From assembly GCA_030704615.1 (NCBI GenBank), contig CM060734.1, positions 28,768,001 to 28,832,000 on the forward strand: a DNA stretch of 64,000 nucleotides, in the 5' to 3' direction. Origin of the DNA: Takakia lepidozioides. Taxonomy: Eukaryota > Plantae > Bryophyta. Shown here piece by piece: positions 1 through 12,470 of the stretch; within the stretch, counting starts at the first letter, position 1; each line of letters opens with the position of its first letter. The notes below the pieces were generated by a model that made no database searches, was not told the origin of the DNA, and saw only the letters and a program-made list of their open reading frames with translations. Both the position numbers and the translations under genes were made by a program.

Positions 1-3000
1 GTATGACGGAGGGTGGTGTTGCGAGTGTTTAGAGACGGAGGGAAAATGGCAGTAGCGGCCGTGTGGGCAGTGGGTAACAAGGTAGGTTTTGGGGGTGCAG
101 TATGGGGGTGTGTGTGTGGGGTGGGCGTTGGGGAAGTGTGCTCGGAGGGTGTGGGGAGGCAGAAGAATATTGGCGTGGGTTTGGGTAGAACTGGTTTGTG
201 TGGAGTGGGTGGGGGAGTCTGTTTTCGGGTAGGGGTTGAGTATGAGGTGGATGACATAGGGGGGAGTATTCTGGAGTAGGAGTGAGTGGACAAAGGGATG
301 GAGTTTGCAGGGATTGTGGCGGTAGGGGCGGGATAGAAGGGTAGGGATCTTGGATGGATGTCTGCAAGCCACTGGATGTAAGGCATATTTCGTGGATGAG
401 AGGCATGTAGGGAATTCCAAAAAGGCCTTGATGTGCAATGCATCGCAATTCACTTGATCACCCCCTAAAAGTGCGCAATTCAATTGAATTGCAAGAGCAA
501 TTCAATTGAACTAACCCTAATTTGCAATTCAATTGAATTGTCGGCACACACTATTCAATTGAATCGCTAGTTGGCAATTCAATTGAATTGTTGACTACAA
601 TTCAATTGAATTGTAATCTATAATTTTTAACTTATTTCTGTATATAATATATATATATGTATATATTTAAATTATACATATATATATACACAGGTATAAG
701 CTATAAATACATGTTGCCCGTCTATTCTTGCTGTCCGTCTGTCAATCCTTTGCCCGTGGTAAGGCTTGAGCCCAAGATAAGCCTAAGGGAGAGCGAGAGA
801 GGGAGAGAGAGAGAGAGAGGAAGTCACGAAGCGCTTGTAAAAGCGGGATTGTCTCTTTTTGTGGATGTTGGTGCCAATATATGGCTATGTACTTATACCA
901 AACATGATACCAATGTAAGAGTATCAACGTGTAAGAGTTTGATATATTAAACTTATATAGAACACACATCCCAACTTCAACATGATACCTTTGTAAGGGT
1001 ATCGAAATTTTTGATAATTCTCAAGATGAACATATTTTTTGTTTTCTTTGTCCTGGGCCAGATACTAGTGTTAGGGGACTACATGGTGATGCAGGGGAAG
1101 CCTTTCATCAATTGTCAGGTTTGATTTTGTCTGTTTTTTTCGGAGCCAGCCATGTTTCTTTTGCCAGTGAATCACATGAAGCTGCTGATCCGTCTCCGTC
1201 TCTGGCTCTCCCTTTCTCGCTGAGGCTGAGGGTGGCTTCACAACTCCACAATTTCCTCAAGGGCACAAGAAAGAGGGCCAGCAAGAATAGACGGGCAACA
1301 TGTATTTTTAGCTTATACTCTTATATGTGTATAAATATAATTTGAATATATACATGTACATATATATTATATATTATATACAAAAATAAGTTAAAAATTA
1401 TAGATTACAATTCAATTGAATCGCTAGTTGGCAATTCAATTGAATTGCGCACTTTTAGGGGGTGATCAAGTGAATTGCGATGCATTTCACATCAAGGCCT
1501 TTTTGGAATTCCCTGGGCATGACATGGGCAGGGGAGGTGGGGGAGGGTGGAGGGGTTGGTACTGGCTGAGTGTGAGCACATGGCGGCAGTGGTAGGTGGG
1601 GGTGTGGGAAGGACGGATGTAGCAGCACGAGGGGGCGGCAGGCTGTGGTTGGCGCTCTGGCGTTGTCGGGAGGCCCACGTTTGGTGAGTGCCAGGGTAGG
1701 TAGGTTTTGGATTTGATTTTGGGGGGTAATAGCCACGGTCGATATTCCGTGTAAATGGCGGAGGCCAATGAGTGGCGGTGAACAGGCTGCGGGCGAGCCA
1801 ATCGGCGACGGGGTGCTGGACGTCCACGTGGGCAGGGGTTGGTAAGGGTTGAGGCAATGGTGGTGAGGGGGGAGGTTGAGGACTGACGGGGGGGGGGGTG
1901 GGGTTAGCAGTAGCCGGGTGGGGGCATGGGGCGTGGTTACGCCGCGTGGGCAGGGAGGTGGCAGGGTAGAAGTGGCTGTTAGGCGAGCCGTTGGGGAGTG
2001 GGGCAACAGTGAAGGGCGGGAGAGAGGAGAGTTCAGAGATGCAGGGAGTTGGGAGTCTAGGCTTGATTAACACGTTGTCAATTCGGACGCCCATCTCGAT
2101 GAGTCTGGTTTTGGTGTCCGCCGTAGCAAGCTAGAGAAAACAGCAATTGGTGTCTGGGATCGGCTTGGCAACGTGTAGTATCTCAAAGTTGTCGCCATGG
2201 TCGAAGGTCTCCGTTATGAAGTGCATGGCGAGTTGGGTGCCTAGTGTTCCTCGCAGCACGTCGTCAGTGCAGTAGAGAGACAGCCATTCCGAGGGGGCAA
2301 GTACATCATATGCTTTCTCTATTTTCCCTTGAATTTTGATGCCCGGCTCGACCTCCAATACGAAGGGTCTGTCACTGCGGAGAAGGGCCAGGCCATCTCT
2401 GGCCGGGTGCAACAGCTCAACTTTGATGAGACCAGACCACACCTGTGTAGTAGGTCTAGAGTATACAGCGAGAGGGGAGAGGAGGGTCGTACCTGGCGGT
2501 ATGTTCATGTTCGAGAAGCGTTGCATAGCCCAAGTGAAGACCAGGTCCTTGGGTAGATCATAGATGGATTCATACCGGATTATAATATGGTGTGGGTTGG
2601 CCGGGAGACCGGTGTCACTGTTGATTGCCGTGCCCTTAGGAAGCTGGGTGAGGTGTAGAAACTGTCCTTCAATGCCGTCTGGGCGGAGCACAGGGTAGAG
2701 GCGTTGGGGCACTCTAGGGAACGCCTTTTTGCAATTAATCAGTTCATCGCACTCTGAGGGCGGGGTGCCCAGCCGAAGCAGCTGGTCCATTGATTGAGTC
2801 TCCTTCAGTACGGGCTGTTGTTCTCATAAGCGTAATTCTCCATGCTTTGGAATCCATACCAGAGCATAAGTGGAGTCGGGGAGCTGGTGATTTCCATGTC
2901 TGGCTGCTCCGTCGTTGCAGCCTCCTGGTTTCTTGATTTTTTGGTCTCGGACAGTTCGGGAGCAGCCTCACTGTTCGCCTCGCTAGAGGTCCTTTTGATA

Positions 3001-4930
3001 CGGGCAGTCCCTTGGGCAGAACTGGTGGTGGGGGGTGCCCCTGTGATGTAGCCTGTACCTCCTCTGGTGTGGTGTGCATGACCAGGTCTTCATTGTGTTG
3101 GTGGGACGTACGAAGCATTTTGCGGGGGTGCTTGGTGATGGGTGGTGTTGGGGCAGGCTGGGCATCCGTGAGCGGGGAATCGTGATATTCGGGTTCCATG
3201 CTGGCGGTGATAACAGTGGGGGCAAGAGGTCGACGAGCCGCATGGATTCTGGGCCTAATCTGGGGAGGGAATACGCTGGTTGGGAGGGGAAACATGCAGA
3301 TATGCGCAGAGGAGAGTGTGTTGGCAAAAATAGCGTACGGGTGGCTGCTAGCTATAGAGGTGAGAGACAAAAGAGGGGTGGGAGAGGAGGCTCTATGGTA
3401 GAGTGGGCAGTGTGGTGAGATAGACAGGAGAAGGAGTGGGGAGAGTTGAGCGTAGTGAGGCCAGCAAGCAGGTGAGCGTGGAGGAGAGTGATGTTGGGAT
3501 TTATATGCGGTGCTTTGTTGGGGCAGGGAGGATGAATCTGGGGTGTTGATTTTAATATGAGGAGTGTTTTGTGGGCTAGCGTTATGGTGCTTATGATGGC
3601 TGGTTTGGGCGTGAGGCAGGCAGCGAGGGGCAAGTAATTGGAATGCGGCGGGAGATGGCAGATCGAGTGTGCTGGCCATTACACTGTCACTGCAATGGGG
3701 GTTGGTGTCATCGGGGGGTTTAAGAGCTGCATCGCCAACGTAGTGTCGTGGCGGTGGTAGGATAGGTGGGGGAATTATGGAGGTGATGCGTTCTATGACA
3801 GTTTCGGGGCAGCACCAATATGGGCCTGCTATGTGGTGTGGGTTCATCGTAGGCATTATTTGGAGCACCAGGGAGAGCAATGGAGGGGCTGACAGTTAGC
3901 TTTCCAAGCTGGTAGTATTCGTCAACCGTTAAGACGGAGTTGATGAGGGGTTGGGTAGTGTAGGGCCTTGTTAGTGGCATAGGCTTGCAATTGGCTGCTG
4001 CAGTGGGACCGAAGTACGAGGGGGAGAGAGACAGTTTGGCTACACAGGTAGCATATAGTTTGCGTGTGAGTCCATGGATTGTAGCTGGGACTATTTGGTG
4101 GGTTGTGATGGCGGTTGCGTTTGGTTACAACCAAGTTGCAGCAATAAATGTATAAATGGTTATGTGGAAATGTAATGTTGGAAGATTTGGAAGGCCAGCC
4201 CATGGTGGCTTGATGATATGCAGCTGTGAGAAGTAGGGTGTGGTGTATCGGGGGCAAAGGGTGGCGTGTTATTTTGGGTGTGTTGATTAGAGGGGAGGGT
4301 GTCAAGTATGTGTGGGAGGTTATTGGTAAGGTGGCCAAGCTGAGGCAGGGGGGGGGGGAATAGATTGTTGTAGGTGTGTCTGTATTAATGAGGGGGGGTG
4401 GAGGGATGGCTGGCAGCCTTATACTTGGAGGTGTGGTGCTAGGGGTGTTTGTGGGGGATTCCGGGTGCAGGAGAGTGGGACGGGGTGGTTTGTGGGGTGT
4501 ATGTGGGTAGTACTTGGGATTTTGTGGTACAAAAGAACGAGTAATAATTTTGTGGAAGTGCCAATGTGTGTGGGGTTGAGGGGCCCAGTGATCGGGAGTG
4601 ATAGTGGTAGGTACCCAGACAGTGTAGGGGGAGGATAGTGGGGTAGTGTAGTGTTCTTGGTGGTGCTGTGGGTTTGGGGACAGTGGGTGATTATGGCTAG
4701 TGAGTGTATTTTGCATGAGGCTGTGTGGTAGTGTCAAAGAGGGAGAGTGAGAGTGTCTTAGTAGAGAGCTCTGGGGTGTGTATGCAGGTAGGTCAGGGTG
4801 GGGGTATAGGAGCATGAGGGTGGATTGCGGAGGGATGATGTGATGAGGTAGTGTGTGGTAGTGTTGTGAGGAGGTGTTGTGAGGGAATCGCTTGATAGTA
4901 GAATGTTTGGTGGGAGCCGGCTGTAGGTAA
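1..4930 (-). mobile_element. Degenerate C-rich non-LTR retrotransposon (LINE) sequence, ORF1-like region at 2131-3197; interrupted by TIR element 408-1515
   Basis: Strong G/C strand skew; broken Pro/Thr/His-rich frames. ORF 2131-2790 (WSGLIKVELLHPARDGLALLRSDRPFVLE) looks globular and like ORF1 of bryophyte LINEs. Composition matches the RLE-LINE end at 9990-10646. Reading frame HVMP|LIHEI continues across the 408-1515 insertion. Confidence 0.5.
408..1515. mobile_element. Non-autonomous long-TIR (hAT-like/foldback) element with 6-bp TSD
   Basis: Ends TAGGGAATTCCAAAAAGGCC / GGCCTTTTTGGAATTCCCTG; inverted arms ~408-733 and ~1279-1515; GGCATG at 402-407 and 1516-1521; many CAATTCAATTGAATTG palindromes in the arms. 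Confidence 0.9.
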
Positions 4931-4974
4931 ACCCTAGGTGGGTATATAATATAATAATAATCAAAGATTATGAA

Positions 4975-5622
4975 TTGGGGGTGCCAGCCGAGCCTCCGAA
5001 CACTGAGAAGACAAACCGGCTGTGCAATGATAAGAAGAGAGTAGCTAAAGTGTTTTGTGTAACAGACGCCCGGGGCAAGAATGAGAGAGAGGAAGTTCCG
5101 GGGAAGGGGAAGGAGATAGTTGTCGAGAAGGGGCACGAGAAGAAGAAGAAGAAGAAGAAGAAGTCCCGTGGAGATGAAGGTGCTCATGGGCATGCGGGGG
5201 AGGGAAGTGGGGTAACAAAGGAGCAGGGGAAGGAGGATGCAAAGAAGGGAGAGGGCGGGAAAAAGAAGAAGAAACCCCGGGGGGCAAGAGACCTGGACTT
5301 GGCAAAGGTTGTGGTGCCACCGGTGGAGGTCAATATGCATGGTTACCCCTACGGTGAGTACTGGGAGGTTATGAAGAAGCAGGCCTCCGACCTCGCATCG
5401 CGATGATTCCCTTGGCACATTGAGTGGCTAGAACAGGACTTTGGCAAGAGGCGGAAGTTTATGAAGGAGATAGACCGCCGGTTTCCAGGCAAGTGGAGTG
5501 ATACAAGGCTGATGGAGATGGTGAGGCGGAACTTGAAGGACAAGAGGTACCGTGCCAGAGAGACCATTCGGAGGGCAATGGCGAATGGGGTCCCACCCAA
5601 ACCACCTTTTGGAATTACACAG
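4975..5622 (+). pseudogene. CACTA/EnSpm TnpA-like (Ptta/En/Spm-type) fragment
   Basis: ORFs 4975-5406 and 5461-5673 are in one frame across a TGA: GYPYGEYWEVMKKQASDL..W..EWLEQ..RRKFMKEIDRRFPGKWS..RRNLKDKRYR..PPKPPFGITQ, then a GT donor. Confidence 0.5.
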
Positions 5623-5980
5623 GTTGGCAAATTCTTGAATCATTTCACCTTCCATTTCTTGCATGTACATTAATGAGGTGGATTCGATGCAACGTATGTG
5701 TGTGATTCACTAATTGTGGGGGGGGGGGGGTTGGGGGGGGCATAGGTATCGTGGGATGCGCTCATTGCGGGAGAGAATGATGCAACAAAGAAGGCCAGTT
5801 TTGAGAAGGCACGCTCCGCAACAACAGTCCGCCTTGAGAAGCACGACTATGTCCACAAGTGGGGCCCCGACGGATCCAAGGGTTTTATCACTCGATTTGT
5901 AAGTCATATTCCCTATGTATTTTGTTACGTCTTCTTTCTCGTTCCATCGTCGTGAGGAACTAACTTTAATTTTTGGCATG

Positions 5981-7590
5981 TGTAGCAATGCGTGTTTATG
6001 TCGCGCACCTCACTTCGGTAATCTCCCCTTCAAGTCATAGTTACTCGCTTTGATGCGCGCGCCTAACTCCCAAACTGGCCGCCGGGCCAACTCGGAGCTT
6101 CGGCTGCTCACCGGGACATAACGGTCCCCCTTTGCTCCTCCACAAGACCCTATCTCAATTTGGGCCTAATGAAAATTCCCTTTGGTTGTTGGCAGTCCGG
6201 AACAGCTCCCCACACCTTGGTCGCTTTCCGGCTCGCACGCTTACTCACTAGTTTTTGGTCATCAACGGGCTTGCACCGTTCTCGGGGTTACTACTCTATA
6301 CTTCTGTGACTGTCCGCGGGGGTTTCACAAACAACACCGTCCTTTTATGGCGAACCACCACGAAGACCCTCCATTCCCGGTGGTGAGTCGCGGTGAGTCT
6401 TGGCCCACCCACCACGGCCCCATTGGACCGTGATGAATCCCAAGACTCCCCACGACTCCTACCACAAGGTCTCCACCCCATGGTGAGTCCTATTCCACCC
6501 CCACTAAGTCCCACTAAGCTACCACCACCCCTCGTGGAACCACCCCTACCGCAACCCGGTGTGCGGGGTTCTACCTAGTGAGCGCCTCCGCCTCCTTGAG
6601 TGCCTTGGGCACTCAAGGGTGCTTCAACCCCCGTATCTATTGTAGCCACTGCCCCCACCACAGGGGCAGCCCCTTTTTGTGTCCCGACCCCCTGCCCTCA
6701 AGGCGAAGGGCCGTGACACACACCCCTACCAACAGGGAGTCGATGTCTTCATCGACTTGTCCATTTTGTAGAAACGAACATCCAAGTTGTGGCGTCCCAC
6801 ATCAATGAATTTGTTTCCGTACCATGGCGTCCCATGGCAAAGAACCAAAACCCCACTTGACTCTATTCTCCACTAGCAAGTTTGGCCGAGTTCCTCCAAG
6901 TCCCGGCCAAGGGTGGAGCCTCTCAAGCTCCACCCAGTGCACTCTTCTTGGCCCACTTCAAGGCCAAGGAACGATCCTCCCCGAGGATTGAATCGCCTTA
7001 CTGTAACAACATTGCTTGCGACCGCTCATGATGCTGCTTTTGGCATCACCTTGAGCAAGGGTTCACCTTGAACCCCCCTTTTTACTAGGAAGATAATCTT
7101 GAACCAACCGTGCACCCCAATCACTACAATTGGGTCTGCCTTGGAATGTTGGCCTGAGGTACGGGAACACGCCGAAGCCGCACTACGACTTCGTCCCGAG
7201 GTTACACGATTATAGTACGTGAACGGAAGCACGTAACTTCCGCGTTAGCCCGCAGCACAAGGCAACCCCCTCGGTAGCGCAGTTATAGTACGCGCACGCG
7301 CCAGGTGCGCACTAGCACGTGAACTCCCAAAGAAGGCGCAAGTTTCCTTGCCCCGTGGATGGGAGTCACCCGATTTCGGCACTACGCAAACACACGATTA
7401 ATCCAATTTACCTCTCCCACTTTTGTAAGCTAGCATGCATTTTACACACTAGCCAACCATACCATGCATTACTATTCCAAGCAAAATATGAATCATAACA
7501 TTTGGAAACCATTTCATTTATAACAAAATTTGTACAACACAAGTTTTTGCAATCGGATTCCTGAGCTAGCTAAGCCAGGCTAAGTATGCA
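5981..7590 (-). mobile_element. Probable 3' LTR of chromovirus
   Basis: Starts TG on the minus strand immediately after a polypurine tract (GGGGGAGGAAA, 7591-7601). The distal end at 5981 is inferred from a TG/CA terminus and the junction with the CACTA fragment. Confidence 0.5.
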
Positions 7591-7925
7591 TTTCCTCCCC
7601 CACGCTTCAAGGTTAATGTCCCCATCAACGCTTCTTCCGCTTTTGAGGTCGCCCTTCGAAAGTTGCAACCGCCTCGGATACGTTTCCCATTTCTGAGGCA
7701 CGCACTTAAGTTGCCTCCACTTGATGATAGCCCTTCCATTTCACGAGATACTCCGTTTCTCGATTCTTGAACCTCCTCGACTTAAGCACTACCTCCACTT
7801 TGTATTCAGGTTAATTTTCATGATCCAACAGCACAGGTGACGGACGCAACACTTGAGCCAATTCAGACGCGCTTCATCTTTGAAGTAAGGCTTCAAAAGG
7901 GAAACATGGAATACCGGATGCACAA
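7591..7925 (-). mobile_element. Ty3/gypsy chromovirus integrase C-terminus with chromodomain and PPT
   Basis: Minus strand reads VHPVFHVSLLKPY then EYKVEVVLKSRRFKNRETEYLVKWKGYHQVEAT* (chromodomain; W to stop), followed by the PPT. Confidence 0.85.
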
Positions 7926-8171
7926 TTACAAGTTTTTTCTTATTATGATTTATTAATTTTAGTTAGATTTGATACATTATAAATAATATCGCATAAAAAA
8001 TATATGGCAAAAATATATAATAATAATAATAATAATATATCAAAATACAGCTCATCATGAGTCAGAATTATAAATTATATAATATAAAGGTATATGATAA
8101 ATAACTTAAGAGTATATGAATTTTAGAAAGATTATGATTTTATAATGTAAATATTAGTGGATGTGAAATGA

Positions 8172-8640
8172 TATATAAAATTGATGGATCTAAAGGGATC
8201 TGAAGGGATCTAAGATCTAAAAAAAATTACATATAGTTTTTGAAAAAAAATAGTTTTTCATTTGCAACTTCGTTGTTTTAAAAAAGTTAGTTCTTGATTT
8301 GTATATAAAATGATGGATCTAAAGGGACCTGAAGGGATCTGAGATCTGGAAAAAACTAAAGCCTTTGAAAAGTTGGGAAAAATGTGGTCATTATCACACA
8401 GGGGAACTTATTTAATAATTAAATATCTAAAATAAAAAATCATCTATATTTATTTAAAAATATGTATATATATATAACAAATTTAAGAAGAATTGACGAT
8501 TGATAAATATGTGTAATTTACTTATGGCATAAATTTATTGATTAATTAAAGTGTTTTTCCAATTATATTTAAGAACTCCAAGAAGATAATATATAAATTG
8601 ATGGATCTAAAGGGACACTAAGGGATCTAAGATCTGAAAC
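8172..8640. repeat. Three dispersed ~45-bp repeats in AT-rich DNA
   Basis: ATATAAA(A)TTGATGGATCTAAAGGGA..(G/A)AGGGATCT(A/G)AGATCT at ~8172, ~8303 and ~8590. Confidence 0.8.
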
Positions 8641-9103
8641 TAAAGATTTTGAAAAGCTGAAAAAATGTGGATATTACCCAGACATTGTTTTTTCAATGAT
8701 ATTTAACAACTTCAAGAAGATAACGGCAATTCAACAACAAAATTGAGATATATATATATTCATTAATAGTTCTTCATTTGCAACCGGCATTGAAACCGAG
8801 AATACAACAATTGAAATATTTTGAAATGGAATAGTGAACCACCAACATTGTCAAAGTTAGTTTTGTGGTCAATGTTTTGCGTTCAATGGCGGCGACTAAA
8901 ATAGACGTGAACTAACTTGAATCAAACTATCTAAGCTGCATCGTAACCTACAATTTCAGAGATAGGGCTAAGTGCATATATGTCTTTCAATCGAATTTTG
9001 GACAACCGACCAACGACACTCACACGATTCTTTCGATGTGTTGTCAAGAGATCAGCTTCATCGAGTCCTACGATCGTGTGCAACCACTCTCCCTTAATTT
9101 AAC

Positions 9104-10646
9104 AGAGAGAGAGAAGACTCCGGCCAAAGCCGGCGTAACTAAGAGAAACTTCACCTTGCGGCTACTGCCCCCTGTCGGGGGTGGGCCCTATGGTAAAACG
9201 GGTGCCCGGTTGGGCACATAGTAACCAGAGGTGTGGATGCACGGGCTTGACTATGAGTCCCAGGGGGGGAGGGCACTAGTATTGGTCTGGTATGTACAAA
9301 AATACGGGTATCAACCTGGTTATGCATAGAGTAACCTACCTGTAGGATATGATTAGGATTTCGGGGAGGCCGATACCCTAGCCGACTGGTCTCGGCTCAC
9401 CATTGTTGATGTTGTTACTTGTTTTTTTCACTGGAACTCTGTCGTTGGTATCGCCGTTTAGGTATCAATGCGCGTAGCCTAGAGATGGTGGAAGATGGTT
9501 TTGTTTCTATTTGTATTCGTGCTCTGTCGCATTCAGCATTAGTCTTTGTGGCTGGAAAGAAAAACAGTGGCACTGAAAATGGTTATAAATGCAAGGCCAA
9601 AAGTTTCCATATGCATGTTATAATATTCAGTGCACTCAGCGGCTGAGGTGGTGCACTTCAGCCGCTGAAGTGCGCACTTCAACTTTAAGAAAAAATTATT
9701 AAAAAAAAAAGTGTGCTCCTCTCTGAAATGTAAATTTTTGATACTTTACCTGAAGTTGATATCAGCAGGTATCAAGGTTTTCATACACTTGTTGATACCA
9801 AGTCTGCAAAAGTGAAATGATGGCATTATCGATACCCTACAAGTAACAAAATCTGGGTTTTTTTAATTATTGCATACCCGTGTTTGGGACATCTCTAAAT
9901 TTTTATACTACCAAGACCCTCCTGGTATCTCCAAAACACAATACCAGACCAACACTGGAGGGCACCCCCAGGGGGGTGCCCCTGGGGGTCTAGGGTGGTG
10001 CGGCTAGGTTGGATTCAAGTTTCCGTTTGTTGGTGATAATGGCAGTGAGGGAGTGGAGAGCTGTGAGGTGAATTGCTTGGAAGCATTTGTGGATCGGGAA
10101 GATATGAATATGAAAATTATTGTGCAAGTCGTTAATACTGGCATTGTGGATGCCGCCTCTGGTGCCTGCCGTGATGACGGTTAGTGGACCAGTGCGCCAT
10201 CCTTGGCGGCGGACGACTAGGATGAGTGAGGCATATTTTTGTCTTTTCTCTAGTATGGAGTCTTGTGGATAGCGGTCATGACAGAATGTGAATTCGATGA
10301 AGTGGATGATAAGTGACATAGAGGGTGTGGTAGGGGGTGAGGCCGTTGTGGGTAAGCCTTGCACCAATAGGATATCTGGGCAAAGTCGAGCAGGGCAGGT
10401 ACATGTACATGGAAGTAGCCAGGGTGGGATAGTGTGATCCGGTGGACGGCCTCGGTATGTGCCTGCATTGAGGAGTGAATACCATCTTGTTTCGGCGCGG
10501 CTGAGGAGTAATTTGTGGATATGCCAAACTGCTTGGTTGTGGCGGGTGATATGTAGGCCGAGTATGATGGGGTGTGTGCATTGGCTAAGAAGGTGTGGCC
10601 AGCTGTCTCGTTCTTGGTGCGTGTTGGAGCACAATGGGCAGTATGG
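9104..10646 (-). mobile_element. 5'-truncated non-LTR retrotransposon with C-terminal CCHC knuckle and restriction-like endonuclease (possibly Dualen/RandI-type), (TC)n tail
   Basis: ORF 9990-10634: C..C..DSWPHLLSQC, RHNQAV, PDILL..IEFTFCHD..K..KY..L..GW..TAGTRG. GC-rich 3' UTR ends in TCTCTCTCTCT at ~9104. Split by hAT 9277-9957. Confidence 0.85.
9277..9957. mobile_element. Non-autonomous hAT element, 8-bp TSD
   Basis: Ends TAGTATTGGTCTGGTAT / ATACCAGACCAACACTG; GAGGGCAC at 9269-9276 and 9958-9965; GATACC subterminal motifs. Confidence 0.92.
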
Positions 10647-10649
10647 GGA

Positions 10650-12470
10650 GATCTCTTTTGATTGTAGATGATCTTGATTACAGTGTGAGAGATGTAGTTT
10701 TTGAGTGTATTGTTTTGAGTAGGTATGGTAATTTTGAGAAGACTAACCCAAAATCTTCTTCATTTTCTTACTTTCATGCTGATGTGACGGACAGATTTGG
10801 CATCCAGACTGTCACAATCACCATCAATGGCAACCTCGTGAAGAACCATGAGGGCTGTTTTGTCAAAGGGACAACATTAAGGATTGAGAACTTTGCCTTG
10901 CGCCCTAAACAAAAATGGGAGAAAGGGGATAGTGACATGGCAATAAGGATAAGCTCTGCCACAACAATTGAGGTGCTTCCTCCATTCGTTCCCGTTGTGG
11001 AACTCTATTTCTTTCCAACAGAATCAATCTCTGAGTTTGTATCATGCATGGGAGAGAAGTTTGTCACATCCACTCTCGCGGTAGTTGTGATATTTGTCCG
11101 GGGGCAGATTGACAGCAAATATCAGCTGAAAGTCGCCGACGGCATCAGTCCTAAAGATATCCAGATCGTAAGTTCAAAACCTATGTTTTTGACTTCACAA
11201 AATGACAGATTTGGAAAGGCATATGTGACATTGTGGTTTTAAGGTTTCATTTTAGTTCTCAGCTTTCTTGTGATTCCAAATGATACAAATCCAGTTTCAT
11301 AAACATGATAGAGTTTGAATTTCATTCAGATGTGTTTCAGATCTGTTGGTTTTCACTCATGATAGTTGTACAATATGCATACATATTCAGAATGTTGTAG
11401 TTAATAGTATGGTGTTTTGTACATAGTGTAGCCATCACTTTCATCTATTTCCTTTCATTTTACAGCATGATAACAAATCTGATATCTATTATGTAGTGGC
11501 GGTATTTCTACACAATGATTGATTAGGACGTTCATACATGCTTAGTTTTAGAAGTCTACACAATCGATAGTTCAGGACTTGTTTGAGGTGGATTGTTAGT
11601 TACATTTAATCCATTTTCTGTAATTTTACAGCCTGAAATCTACTGTGTTGTTATCAGCTTTCTTCTGATTGACAATGACACAAAGTTGAATTTATGATCT
11701 TAAAGTTTGATTTTTCAGTTAGAGTGTTCTAGATTTGTTCGTTTTCACTCATGACAATTATAGAGCATGCTCATGTCTTCATAATGTTGTAGTTTTCCTT
11801 GAATGGTACCAATCGGATATCTATCATGAATATGGGTTTTTTCTTGAACAGACGAAACTGATACACATTGTGTTTGATGACATGTAGGTGAGTTTTCTTC
11901 CTTCCTTTCATTCTGAGTATGAAAGCTTGACAACAACTTTCCAGTCTGGAGGAGTAGCATGTGCTGTTCTGAAGCACATCACAATTACTCATAGTGGTGA
12001 TATACGACTACTAACATCTTCATCAACTATTATCACACATGTTCTTGATTCGATTGCACAGCATCGCCTTCAAGCAGTTTTCAACACTCTTACGTCACAA
12101 GAAGAAGCATAAGCCGTTGCGGCACGACAAGTAAGCTTTGAACTACTTTTTGTGACATCATATTTTTTTAATTCGAACTATTTCAACATTGTAAGTATAT
12201 TATCTCATTTGGACTTAATTCTGTGCATACAGGTGATTGGGGTTTTTACTGTCTCGTATCCAGCGCAACCTCCTTTCAAGCGTGTATGCTCGAACTGCCA
12301 TTTCATTGACATTGTTTTGCAACAAAGGGGGGCATTCTGTTTGCAATACATGTCAGACCATACATCCATGTACTTTAGAAGGTTGTATTACTGGGCGCAT
12401 ATCACTCACAACCATCACACTACCTGAAAAAACAAGTTTACCTGAAAACAATGAAGACAAGGGAAATGAA
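10650..12470 (+). pseudogene. Spliced RPA70-like OB-fold ssDNA-binding protein (transposon-cargo type), degenerate
   Basis: Exons ~10650-11167, ~11888-12130, ~12232-12470 with GT-AG ends. OB-like pattern (FHADVTD..TITIN..KGTTLRIENF..GD..IRISSATTIE) and C-terminal CSNC..C..C. In-frame TAA at 12110 and a frameshift in the last exon. Confidence 0.6.

Noticed and set aside
13-5418. Long Pro/His/Thr- or Gly/Val-rich ORFs resembling extensins
   Set aside because: Explained by strand-skewed LINE composition.
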